A stretch of DNA of 64,000 nt, taken from Alphaproteobacteria bacterium (GTDB lineage Bacteria > Pseudomonadota > Alphaproteobacteria > UBA828). Location: the NCBI GenBank assembly GCA_965237415.1, contig CBDEFM010000002.1, positions 672,001 through 736,000 on the forward strand, read 5' to 3'. Below are positions 55,591-64,000 of this stretch, piece by piece. A program made the position numbers and the translations under genes. Every line of letters begins with the position of its first letter. The stretch's first letter is position 1. The notes under the pieces are model-generated. The model worked only from the letters and a program-made list of their open reading frames with translations. It was not told the origin of the DNA and searched no databases.

Positions 55591-57003
55591 TTGGAAAGAG
55601 TACCGATAGCGTCAACAACGAACGGCTTGCCAATGTCTAAGTTGAAGAAGTCTACATCCGAATTTTGTGTTACTGGCCTTCTCGAGTCCTTCAAGCCCGC
55701 GTCTGCGCTGTCCGAGATCGGGGACACCATGGAGTCCTTCGAGCCATGGCCTGAGCTGTCCGCGGTCGGGGAGATCATGGAGTCCTTCAAGCCACCGCCT
55801 GGGCTGTCCGCGGTCGGGGAGATCATGGAGTCCTTCAAGCCATCGCCTGGGCTGTCCGCGGTCGGGGAGATCATGGAGTCCTTCAAGCCACCGCCTGGGC
55901 TGTCCGCGGTCGGGGAGATCATGGAGTCCCTCAAGCCACCGCCTGGGCTGTCCGCGGTCGGGGAGATCATGGAGTCCTTCAAGCCACCGCCTGGGCTGTC
56001 CGCGGTCGGAGACATCGTGGAGTCCCTCAAGCCACCGCCTGGGCTGTCCGCGGTCGGGGAGATCATGGAGTCCTTCAAGCCACCGCCTGGGCTGTCCGCG
56101 GTCGGAGACATCGTGGAGTCCCTCAAGCCACCGCCTGGGCTGTCCGCGGTCGGGGAGATCATGGAGTCCTTCAAGCCATCGCCTGGGCTGTCCGCGGTCG
56201 GGGAGATCATGGAGTCCTTCAAGCCATCGCCTGGGCTGTCCGCGGTCGGAGACATCGTGGAGTCCCTCAAGCCACCGCCTGGGCTGTCCGCGGTCGGGGA
56301 GATCATGGAGTCCTTCAAGCCACCGCCTGGGCTGTCCGCGGTCGGAGACATCGTGGAGTCCTTCAGGCCCTCGATCGAGCTGAACGACACCGGCACCGTC
56401 CTCGACTCCCTCGAATCCCACTCCACATTGATCGATGTGCTTTCGGTTGATCCGAGCCCTTCACTAATCACTCGCCCGCGCGCTTCATGCGTCATTTTGC
56501 GACCCACCCTGGAGATTAGCCTTCCATTTGAATTAGTGCCTGCTCCGCAGGCGGTTGGAACGATTGAGCCTGATGCGACATTTGATCCGGTGCACGGGCA
56601 GTTGTTTAGCAAATTTGAACGATGGCTTCGAAGTGTAATTGAAGAGGCCCTATTTGAATTGATTGGCCCGAATTGGATAAGGCAGAGGGTTTCCCAAGGT
56701 ATACGCGAGAAATGGCAGGAGCGACAAACCGAAGATTGTGCGAACGGTCAGCCGGTATTTGACGCGATTCAGTACGCAGACTTTATGGACTTGTGTGCAA
56801 TTATCACTAGAGGTGACAACTGGCGGGATGCGTTCCAAGCGATCTTTCTGAATCGAGACGATATCAGCGTTTCGTTCTGTCGCCTTAATCCAGTACGAAG
56901 AGCGCTTGCGCATAGCCGCCCCCTCAGCCAAATGGATATTCTGACGTTGATTGTAGAAGTCTCTCGGATTCTAAGCAGACTAGGGATTGGAGCGCTGCGC
57001 TAA
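55591..57003 (+). CDS. Tandem-repeat protein with C-terminal Swt1-like HEPN domain (putative RNase)
   Basis: 16-aa repeat tract, then FERWLRSVIEEAL..GPNWIRQRV..YADFMDL..II..NW..F..RLNPVRRALAHSRPL (R-x4-H). Start could be the TTG at 55591 or the ATG at 55633. Confidence 0.7.
   Translation: MERVPIASTTNGLPMSKLKKSTSEFCVTGLLESFKPASALSEIGDTMESFEPWPELSAVGEIMESFKPPPGLSAVGEIMESFKPSPGLSAVGEIMESFKPPPGLSAVGEIMESLKPPPGLSAVGEIMESFKPPPGLSAVGDIVESLKPPPGLSAVGEIMESFKPPPGLSAVGDIVESLKPPPGLSAVGEIMESFKPSPGLSAVGEIMESFKPSPGLSAVGDIVESLKPPPGLSAVGEIMESFKPPPGLSAVGDIVESFRPSIELNDTGTVLDSLESHSTLIDVLSVDPSPSLITRPRASCVILRPTLEISLPFELVPAPQAVGTIEPDATFDPVHGQLFSKFERWLRSVIEEALFELIGPNWIRQRVSQGIREKWQERQTEDCANGQPVFDAIQYADFMDLCAIITRGDNWRDAFQAIFLNRDDISVSFCRLNPVRRALAHSRPLSQMDILTLIVEVSRILSRLGIGALR
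55684..56403 (+). repeat. 48-bp coding tandem repeat, 14 clear units plus 1 degenerate unit
   Basis: Consensus GAGTCCTTCAAGCCACCGCCTGGGCTGTCCGCGGTCGGGGAGATCATG (ESFKPPPGLSAVGEIM), head-to-tail with no spacers. Confidence 0.97.
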
Positions 57004-57139
57004 CTTTGGTGTCTGTCGGCCCCCACCTCCCTTCCACCATTGATCGCAAGGCGTTCTGTCGCTATTGGATAGCCTCACTCGATGAGCAGACCCTGCGCGG
57101 CGTCCAGGCGTGGTTGCGCGGGGCAAGGGAGTGCGCGCG

Positions 57140-57859
57140 ATGCAGCAGCCGCCCGGAGGCGCGGCAACGGGCGAGAAGCCTGACCTCAACGAGATCGCAC
57201 GGATACGCGCGGACCACGCGCGCTGGCTCGAGAGCGACGGCGCGGAGGGCGTGCGCGCGGACCTCTCAGGCATGGAACTCGCGGACGTGCGGTTCCCCGG
57301 CGCGGACCTGCGCCGCGCGGTCTTCGTAGGCGCCAACCTCTTCCGCGCCGACTTCGCCGGCGCCGAGCTCTCGGAAGCCGACTTTACGGGCGCCAACTTG
57401 AACCGTGCCGATCTCGCCGGTGCGACGCTGCAGCGCGCGGTGCTGGACAAGGCCGATCTCTCCGATGCAGCGCTCGGCGATGCGCGCATGGAGCACGCTT
57501 CGCTGGTCGAGACCCGTCTGCAGCGCGCCTGGCTCGGGCGCGCGCACCTGGAGCACGCCACGCTTATCCGCGCGGACCTGCACGGCGCCTGGGTCGGCCG
57601 TGCCAGCCTGGAGCAGGCGAACCTGGAAGGCGCAATGCTGGTGGGTGCCGAATTCCCCGGCACGAGCTTTCGCAACGCGACGCTGAGGAGCGCCTATTTC
57701 GGCGGCGTGGCTTTGGTAGACGCCGATCTCTCCGGCGCCGACCTGGGCGAGGTGCGGAACCTGACGCATACACAGCTCGAGTCGGCGACAGTCGATGAGC
57801 GGACGATCTTGCCGCCGGAGCTTGAGCCCGGCAGCGGCGAGGCGCGGGCTGCGGGGTGA
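57140..57859 (+). CDS. Pentapeptide repeat protein
   Basis: HARWL..G.RADLSG N-cap followed by many A(D/N)Lxx units; C-terminal NLTHTQL..TILP. Confidence 0.9.
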   Translation: MQQPPGGAATGEKPDLNEIARIRADHARWLESDGAEGVRADLSGMELADVRFPGADLRRAVFVGANLFRADFAGAELSEADFTGANLNRADLAGATLQRAVLDKADLSDAALGDARMEHASLVETRLQRAWLGRAHLEHATLIRADLHGAWVGRASLEQANLEGAMLVGAEFPGTSFRNATLRSAYFGGVALVDADLSGADLGEVRNLTHTQLESATVDERTILPPELEPGSGEARAAG

Positions 57860-57935
57860 GGCCGGGGTTCAGGAAAACGACAGGGACGCGCCGCCGGTCC
57901 AGCGGCGGTAACCGATAGAGCGGCGGGAGGGATTC

Positions 57936-59972
57936 GTGACGAAGCTGAGGGTAGCGGTCGATATCGGGGGCACGTTCACCGATATCTGCATTCTCGACGA
58001 GGACACCGGCGCGCTCAGGGTCGCGAAGACGGCATCGACGCCCGAGGACCCCCTGATCGGCGCGATGCGGGGGCTTGAAGAGGCGAAGATCGACCTCAAG
58101 GACGTGACGCTTTTCTCCCACGGCACGACCGTCGCTACCAACGCGCTCATCACCCGTCGGCTGCCGCCCGCTGCGATGATCTGCACCGAGGGCTACCGCG
58201 ACGTCATCGAGATCAGGCGCTCCAACAAGGAGGACCTCTGGGATACCTACAAGGATGTCGCCCAGCCCTATATCAGGCGCCGCGACCGGCTGACCGTGCG
58301 GGAGCGCATCGACCACGGCGGCAAGGTGACAACCCCGCTCGACGAGGCCGACGCGCGCGAGAAGGCCCGGATCCTGCGCAAGCGCGGCGTCGACGCGGTC
58401 GCCGTCTGCTTTATGAACTCCTTCATCAATCCGGCGCACGAGACCCGGGTGAAGGAGATTCTGGAGGAGGAGCTGCCGGGTGTGGAGATCACCACGTCAT
58501 CCGAGACCCTGCCCGAGATCTTCGAGCACGAGCGCTTCTCCACTACGGTGGTCAACGCAATCCTGAGCCCCGTGGTCAGCGGCTACGTGTCGCGCATGAA
58601 CGACGCGCTGCAAGAGGGCGGCTACGCGAGCGATCTGTTGATGCTGCACTCCGGCGGTGGCGTCATGACGCCGGCGACCGCCGGGCAGTTCGCGGGCCGC
58701 CTTGCCGGCTCCGGCATCGCCGCCGGCGCCATCGCGAGCCGCCACATCGCGATGCTCTGCGGCTACGAGAACTCCATCGGCCTCGACATGGGCGGCACGA
58801 GCTGCGACGTCTCGCTGGTCTTCGGCGGTGCATCGCGCGTCACCAAGGATTGGCACATCGAGTTCGGCTATCCGATCCGCTTCCCCAGCATCGAGGTGCT
58901 GACCATCGGCGCGGGCGGCGGCTCGCTCGCCTGGATCGACGACGCCGGCTCCTTGCACAACGGGCCGCAGTCGGCGGGTGCCGATCCGGGGCCGGCCTGC
59001 TACGGGCGGGGCAACACGACGCCCACCAACACCGATGCGAACCTGGCGCTGGGCCGGCTCGGCACGCAGCTTGCCGGCGGGCAGATCGTGCTCGACAAGG
59101 CGGCGTCCGAGACCGCGGTGCGCACCGGCGTCGCCGAGCCGCTGGGCATGGACTCTGTCACGGCGGCCAAGGCCATCGTGAGCGTCGCCAACGCCAACAT
59201 GGCGGATGCGGTGCGTCTCATTTCCATCAGCCGGGGCTATGACCCGCGCGACTTCGCGCTCGTCGCCTTCGGCGGCGCCGGCGCTCTGCACGGTGTGGCG
59301 CTGGCAAAAGAGCTTTCCATCCCGACCGTGATCGTGCCGCCCAATCCGGGGGTGACCTCGGCGCTGGGCTGCCTGCTGGTGGACGTGCGCCACGATCTCT
59401 CGCAGACCTATCTCGCGCTCGCGGCAGAGGCCGACCCAGCCGACATCGAGGCCCGCTTCGGCGAGATGGAGGCGGAAGCGCACAGCCGGCTGGTGAAGGA
59501 GGGCGTGGCGGAGGCCGACATGGTGCTGCAACGCACGATCGACATGATGTATCTGGGCCAGTGGCGCTCGCTGCAGGTGCCGGTGGCTACGCCCTTCACC
59601 TCGGTGCCTGAGGCCGTGAACGCCTTCCACGCCGACCATGACCGGGAATACGCCTTCCGCCGGGACGACACGCCGGTCGAGCTTTTCCGCCTCAATCTCG
59701 CGGCTATTGGCACGGTGTCCAAGGCCGAGCTGATGCGTCATGCGGCGAACGGCGCCAAGGCGGTGGCGGAGGCTAAGCGCATGGTCGATTTCGACGAGGT
59801 TGAGGGAGCGGTCGAGACCCCGATATACTCACACGATGGGCTTCCGGCGGGCGCGGTGATCGAGGGGCCGGCAATTATCGAGCAGCTCGATTCGACAACG
59901 GTCATCCCGCCCGGCGTACGCGCAGAAGTGGACGAGTGGCTCAACGTCCGGATCCACGTAGCGGAGGCATAG
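57936..59972 (+). CDS. Hydantoinase/oxoprolinase A subunit (ATP-binding)
   Basis: VDIGGTFTD, HGTTVATNAL, EHERFSTT, DMGGTSCD, IGAGGGS, GPQSAGADPGPACYG, AFGGAG. Confidence 0.92.
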   Translation: MTKLRVAVDIGGTFTDICILDEDTGALRVAKTASTPEDPLIGAMRGLEEAKIDLKDVTLFSHGTTVATNALITRRLPPAAMICTEGYRDVIEIRRSNKEDLWDTYKDVAQPYIRRRDRLTVRERIDHGGKVTTPLDEADAREKARILRKRGVDAVAVCFMNSFINPAHETRVKEILEEELPGVEITTSSETLPEIFEHERFSTTVVNAILSPVVSGYVSRMNDALQEGGYASDLLMLHSGGGVMTPATAGQFAGRLAGSGIAAGAIASRHIAMLCGYENSIGLDMGGTSCDVSLVFGGASRVTKDWHIEFGYPIRFPSIEVLTIGAGGGSLAWIDDAGSLHNGPQSAGADPGPACYGRGNTTPTNTDANLALGRLGTQLAGGQIVLDKAASETAVRTGVAEPLGMDSVTAAKAIVSVANANMADAVRLISISRGYDPRDFALVAFGGAGALHGVALAKELSIPTVIVPPNPGVTSALGCLLVDVRHDLSQTYLALAAEADPADIEARFGEMEAEAHSRLVKEGVAEADMVLQRTIDMMYLGQWRSLQVPVATPFTSVPEAVNAFHADHDREYAFRRDDTPVELFRLNLAAIGTVSKAELMRHAANGAKAVAEAKRMVDFDEVEGAVETPIYSHDGLPAGAVIEGPAIIEQLDSTTVIPPGVRAEVDEWLNVRIHVAEA

Positions 59973-59974
59973 AG

Positions 59975-61972
59975 ATGAGCAAGCAAGGCACTGGCATAAC
60001 GCTCGATCCGGTCACCTTCGAGGTCCTGAAGAACTCGTTCATCACGACCGTCGACCAGATGGCGGAGCAGATCCTGAGGACCTGCTATTCGTTCGTCATC
60101 TACAACCGCGACTTTTCGTCTGCCCTGAATGACGCCAACGGCGATTCTATCGCCCAGGGCAACATGGACATCGCCGTCCATGTCGGCACGCTCCACTACA
60201 CCTGCAAGGCGGTCATCGACACGTTCAAGGACGACATGCGGCCGGGCGACGTGTTCATGATCAACGACCCCTACGCCGGCGGCACCCACTTCAACGACGT
60301 GCGGATCATCCGCCCGGTGTTCGTGGGCGACGAGATCATCGCCTTCGCCCAGTCCAACGGCCACTGGTCGGATGTCGGCGGCAGCACGCCCGGCTCCTTC
60401 GACGTGCTCGCCAAGGAGATGTTCCGCGAGGGCATCCGCATCACGCCGACGCGGCTAATCGACGAGGGCAAGTGGCGCCACGACTTCGCCAACATGATCG
60501 CCGCCAACACGCGCGACCCGGAATCGATCATCGGCGACATGAACGCGCAGGCCGAGGCCACCCGCGTCGCCGAGCGCGAGATGCTGCGGCTGGTGGAGAA
60601 GTACGGCAAGGACACCGTCGTCACCGGCTGCAAGGAGGTGCAGGACTATGTCGAGCTGGCGACGCGCCAGCGCATCGCCGCGCTCCCCGACGGCACCTGG
60701 GAGAACGTGGACTATATCGACCGGGATCCGGCGAGCGGCGAGGGGATGATCCCCATCAAGGTGAAGCTCACCATCAAGGGCGACGAGGTCACCTACGACT
60801 TCACCGGCAGCCACGGGACCATCAGCTCGCTCTACAACTCTGCCTTCGGCGGCACCTTCTCGGCCGTCGTCGCGGGCATGAAGACCTACTTCCCCGACCT
60901 GCCGCTCAACTCGGGCTTCTACCGGCCGATCAACGTGATCGCGCCCGAGAACTCCATCGTCGACGCCCGCTGGCCGGTCGCGGTGACGGGCTTCCTGATG
61001 CCGTTCGAAAAGATCATGAACTCGATCTACGAGATCTGGTCCGACATCATGCCCGAGCGTGCGATCGCGTGCGCCTTCAACCTGGAATACCTGCTCACCG
61101 GGGGCCGGGACCTGCGCACCGAAGACCGCAAAATCTTCATGTTCTACGACTGGCTGCCCGGCGGCTGGGGCGGGCGCAACGGCAAGGACGGCTGCAACGT
61201 CACCACCGCCTGCTTCGGCACGGGCCTCATGACCCAGCCGGTGGAGGGGCAGGAACGGCTCTGCCCGATCATCGCCAACGAGTACCAGATTCAGACCGAT
61301 TCGCCCGGCCCCGGCAAGTGGCGGGGCGGCGCCGGCGTGGTCAAGACCAGCACCCTGCAGGATGCGGAGAGCACCGTCATCTCCTACATCTGCGACCGCG
61401 AGCGGGCGATCGTCTGGGGCATCAAGGGCGGGCTGCCGTCGATGCCGCACGGGCTCTACATTCAGCGCAAGGGCAAAAACGAGCGCGAATGGCTGGGGTC
61501 GGTCTTCTCCGACGTGCCGATCGAGTCCGGCGACGTGTTCTCGCGACCGACTGCCGGCGGCGGAGGCCTGGGCGATCCGCTCGAGCGCGACCCGGCGGCG
61601 GTGGTGCGCGATGTCGAGGACGATTACGTCTCGCTCGAGCGCGCGCGCATGGACTATGGCGTTGTGCTCACCGTGATCGACGCGGACCTCGCGAGCTATG
61701 AGGTGGACGTGGAGGCCACGCGCGCTGAGCGTGCCGCCATTGCCAAGGCGCGACGTGGCTGGCTGGAGGAGGACGGCGCCTCGGTGGCCGAGCGCTACCG
61801 CAAGGGCGAGCTCAACCAGTTCGACATGGTGCGACGCTACGGTGTCATCGTGGACTGGGGCACGGGCGAGTACTTCCCCAAGACCACAGCCGAGTTCCGC
61901 ACGATGGTGAAGAAGCGCTCGGCCGCCCACTGGAACGACGCCATCGCGGAGCTCGACCAAGCCGCCGAATAG
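59975..61972 (+). CDS. Hydantoinase B/oxoprolinase subunit
   Basis: LDPVTFEV, RDFS, NDPYAGGTHFND, GHWSDVGG, GPGKWRGG, GGGGLGDPLERDP, DYGVV. Confidence 0.92.
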   Translation: MSKQGTGITLDPVTFEVLKNSFITTVDQMAEQILRTCYSFVIYNRDFSSALNDANGDSIAQGNMDIAVHVGTLHYTCKAVIDTFKDDMRPGDVFMINDPYAGGTHFNDVRIIRPVFVGDEIIAFAQSNGHWSDVGGSTPGSFDVLAKEMFREGIRITPTRLIDEGKWRHDFANMIAANTRDPESIIGDMNAQAEATRVAEREMLRLVEKYGKDTVVTGCKEVQDYVELATRQRIAALPDGTWENVDYIDRDPASGEGMIPIKVKLTIKGDEVTYDFTGSHGTISSLYNSAFGGTFSAVVAGMKTYFPDLPLNSGFYRPINVIAPENSIVDARWPVAVTGFLMPFEKIMNSIYEIWSDIMPERAIACAFNLEYLLTGGRDLRTEDRKIFMFYDWLPGGWGGRNGKDGCNVTTACFGTGLMTQPVEGQERLCPIIANEYQIQTDSPGPGKWRGGAGVVKTSTLQDAESTVISYICDRERAIVWGIKGGLPSMPHGLYIQRKGKNEREWLGSVFSDVPIESGDVFSRPTAGGGGLGDPLERDPAAVVRDVEDDYVSLERARMDYGVVLTVIDADLASYEVDVEATRAERAAIAKARRGWLEEDGASVAERYRKGELNQFDMVRRYGVIVDWGTGEYFPKTTAEFRTMVKKRSAAHWNDAIAELDQAAE

Positions 61973-62026
61973 GGCGTGACCCCGGTGAGAATCCTGGCTA
62001 AGCCCTTGATGTAGAAATCCCCGCCA

Positions 62027-63088
62027 TCACGTTGAGATGGAGGGCATTTCTCGACCTTTCAGGTGGCCCAGCAGGGTTTCGGCCCGCTGACGCTTCTCCT
62101 CGTCCGGATCGCGCTGCACGATGCGCAGCAGCGCGTCGCGCGCCGTGACATCGCCGCTCTCCGCCATGTCGAACGCCATTCGGTCGCGCCGTTCGTAATG
62201 GCTGCGATCGAATGCCACGACGTTGGGAGAGAGAGCTTCCCAGTAGTATTTCTGATCGTCGGAGGACCAGCCCGCATAGACCTCTTCCCACGTCCCGCAG
62301 CCGGAATAGGGGCACATGTTGGTCTCGGCGACGGGTTGGCTCGCCGGCTGGTAGCGGGCATCGAAAGACTGCCGTATCTCGGTTGAACGATTAGGCAGTG
62401 CGCGATGCACCGTGGTATCCGAGAAGATCAGCACGTCCCCCGCCTCGAACGAGCCGGTCACCCACCGGCCGGGGATCGGTACGCAGATGTCCATCCCGCC
62501 GGCGCCGCTGCCGACCTTGGTGTCCAGCACGCCTGCCAGGTGCGAGCCGGCCGCCACCGCCAACGCTCCCTTGTCTCTCGGGCAGTCGCCCAGCGGGATC
62601 CACATTGCGTGACTGGTCGCGCCACCGATGTGGACCTTGTCCTGATGCGCGCCGGTGGTGAAATCGAAGCTCTCGCTTTGAGGGAAGATGTTGCGTTGGA
62701 CGAACATCGGATGCGCCAGGGCGGGCTCGCCGAAGATCCCGTCGAAGAGCGCCAGCACGGCCGGGTGGGTCCTGAGCCGGTGCAGTGCCTCATCGGCCCA
62801 GATGCCGCGAAACACTCTCATGTAGGGTTCTTCGGGGTCCTTGCAGGACGCGGCGGGATTGGCGATGCCATCCTCGATCGGACGATCCGGGTTGAGCCAG
62901 CCCTCCGCCGCCGCCTTCTCCAGCAGACGTCGGCGAACCTCCAGCACGGCGTCGCGCGGCAATAGCCCGCGCAGGAACAGATAGCCGTCGCGTCGGAGCC
63001 GCCCGGCCAGGGCCGGACCGTTGCCGATGAGATCGGTCGAATCGAGAAAGCTGCGCTCCACGTCCACCGCCGCTGCTCCTGTCCGCAC
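62027..63088 (-). CDS. Fe(II)/2-oxoglutarate dioxygenase, PhyH family
   Basis: DGYLFLRGLL, AHQD (HxD), WIPLGDCP, GSH, GDVLIF..TVHRALPN, RQSFDARYQ. Confidence 0.85.
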   Translation of the reverse strand: MRTGAAAVDVERSFLDSTDLIGNGPALAGRLRRDGYLFLRGLLPRDAVLEVRRRLLEKAAAEGWLNPDRPIEDGIANPAASCKDPEEPYMRVFRGIWADEALHRLRTHPAVLALFDGIFGEPALAHPMFVQRNIFPQSESFDFTTGAHQDKVHIGGATSHAMWIPLGDCPRDKGALAVAAGSHLAGVLDTKVGSGAGGMDICVPIPGRWVTGSFEAGDVLIFSDTTVHRALPNRSTEIRQSFDARYQPASQPVAETNMCPYSGCGTWEEVYAGWSSDDQKYYWEALSPNVVAFDRSHYERRDRMAFDMAESGDVTARDALLRIVQRDPDEEKRQRAETLLGHLKGREMPSIST

Positions 63089-63184
63089 CGATCGCGAGAG
63101 TGCGGGAGACGGAAGGGCGGCGTCAAGGCGGCCCCGGCCGACGGCCGACGGTCACATCTCCGGGTGCGGGTGCTGTGGGAGCGC

Positions 63185-63976
63185 CTATTCGAGGATCAAT
63201 TCCTCGATCATCACCGGAAGACCCGCGGTCAGCCCGCCGTCGACCACCAGGTTGGCACCGTTGACGAAGGCCGCCTCGTCGGCGGCGACGAAGGCGACGG
63301 CGGCGGCGATATCGTCGGGCCGGCCGACGCGGCCAACCGGATACCAGCGCGCGAGCTGCTCGAAGATCTTCGGGTTCTTCTCCCGGCGGATGCGCCAGGT
63401 CTCGATGTCGGTCTCCACCGTGCCGGGCGAGACCATGTTGGCACGGATGCCCTTGGGCCCGTACTCCACCGCGAGCGAGCGGGTGAAACTGAGCAGCCCG
63501 GCCTTGGCGGCGCTGTAGGCCGGGTTGCCGAGCGCCATCAGGCCGTTGACCGAGCCGATGTTGACGATGGCGCCGGCGCCGCGCGCGACCATGCCGGGCA
63601 GGACCGCCTTGGCGCAGACGAACTGGCCGTCAAGGTCGATTGCGAGCTCGGCCTGCCAGTCAGCGAGTTCGGTGCTCTCCAGGTCGCCCTTGAGCGCCCA
63701 GGCCGCGTTGTTGACCAGCACGTCGGGGGCACCGATGGCATCCGTCATCGTCTTCAGCGCAGCTGCGACCGAGTCGGGGTCCGTGATCTCGGCCGTGAGC
63801 GCGATTCCACGTGCGCCGGCGGCCTCGATCCGCTGAGCCGTATCTGCCGCCGCGTCGCCCCTCCGGTCGAGCACACCAACCGCCGCACCCTCGAACGCCA
63901 GCCGCTCGGCAATCGCGCCGCCGATGCCGCCGCCCCCGCCGGTGATAAGTGCGGACCTTCCCAAGAAACGCATCAT
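63185..63976 (-). CDS. SDR family oxidoreductase
   Basis: TGGGGGIG, LVNNA, NIGS, YSAAK, PGTV, VDGG. Confidence 0.9.
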   Translation of the reverse strand: MMRFLGRSALITGGGGGIGGAIAERLAFEGAAVGVLDRRGDAAADTAQRIEAAGARGIALTAEITDPDSVAAALKTMTDAIGAPDVLVNNAAWALKGDLESTELADWQAELAIDLDGQFVCAKAVLPGMVARGAGAIVNIGSVNGLMALGNPAYSAAKAGLLSFTRSLAVEYGPKGIRANMVSPGTVETDIETWRIRREKNPKIFEQLARWYPVGRVGRPDDIAAAVAFVAADEAAFVNGANLVVDGGLTAGLPVMIEELILE

Positions 63977-64000
63977 GGCGACTCCTCCAGCACGGCGAGC

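Noticed and set aside
55684-56403. 48-bp array as a CRISPR array
   Set aside because: Units are contiguous with no unique spacers, lie in frame within an ORF, and no cas genes are present.
55539-56612. Alternative repeat ORFs on the minus strand (357 aa, 269 aa) and in another plus frame (238 aa)
   Set aside because: Open only because the repeat unit lacks stops in those frames. Only the 55591-57003 frame continues into a recognisable domain.
1-64000. tRNA, rRNA, riboswitch, integrase or prophage genes
   Set aside because: None recognised by eye in the intergenic gaps; tRNAscan-SE and Infernal would be needed to exclude them formally.

Overview
High-GC DNA with an alphaproteobacterial gene order. 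All family assignments below come from motif recognition by eye; no searches were run. 1-6 kb is a conserved housekeeping block on the minus strand (lytic transglycosylase, rlpA, dac, tmk, holB, metG, with metG running off the window edge). 6-18 kb holds a 2-hydroxyacid dehydrogenase, an omega-transaminase, an acyl-CoA synthetase, a DsbA/FrnE protein, a YhdP/AsmA-like protein, glnE and bcp. 18-64 kb is mostly accessory catabolism: W/Mo aldehyde oxidoreductase plus MoaD, a LarA-family racemase, a rearranged glutamate-synthase-like operon, a divergent hydrolase/M20/Urt-type ABC/dioxygenase/LLM/VOC operon, a decayed TRAP transporter, mgtE, maeB, lactonase/hydrolase/SDR genes, a CoxL-like large subunit coupled to a cyclodeaminase-family gene, and a hydantoinase/oxoprolinase A+B pair. 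Mobile and repeat content: an intact IS1595-family element (24-bp TIR, 8-bp direct repeat), a 133-bp CTAG-bounded MITE, a REP-like double palindrome, and a 48-bp coding tandem repeat. The best candidates for something new are (i) a foreign-looking gene in which 14 or more 16-aa repeats are fused to a Swt1-like HEPN RNase domain, (ii) a three-gene glutamate-synthase-like system in which the GltD module carries a degenerate FMN-barrel paralog, and (iii) a GlnE whose N-terminal nucleotidyltransferase active site has lost its catalytic aspartates. Several genes are broken by frameshifts, deletions or a nonsense codon. No tRNA, rRNA or CRISPR array was recognised.
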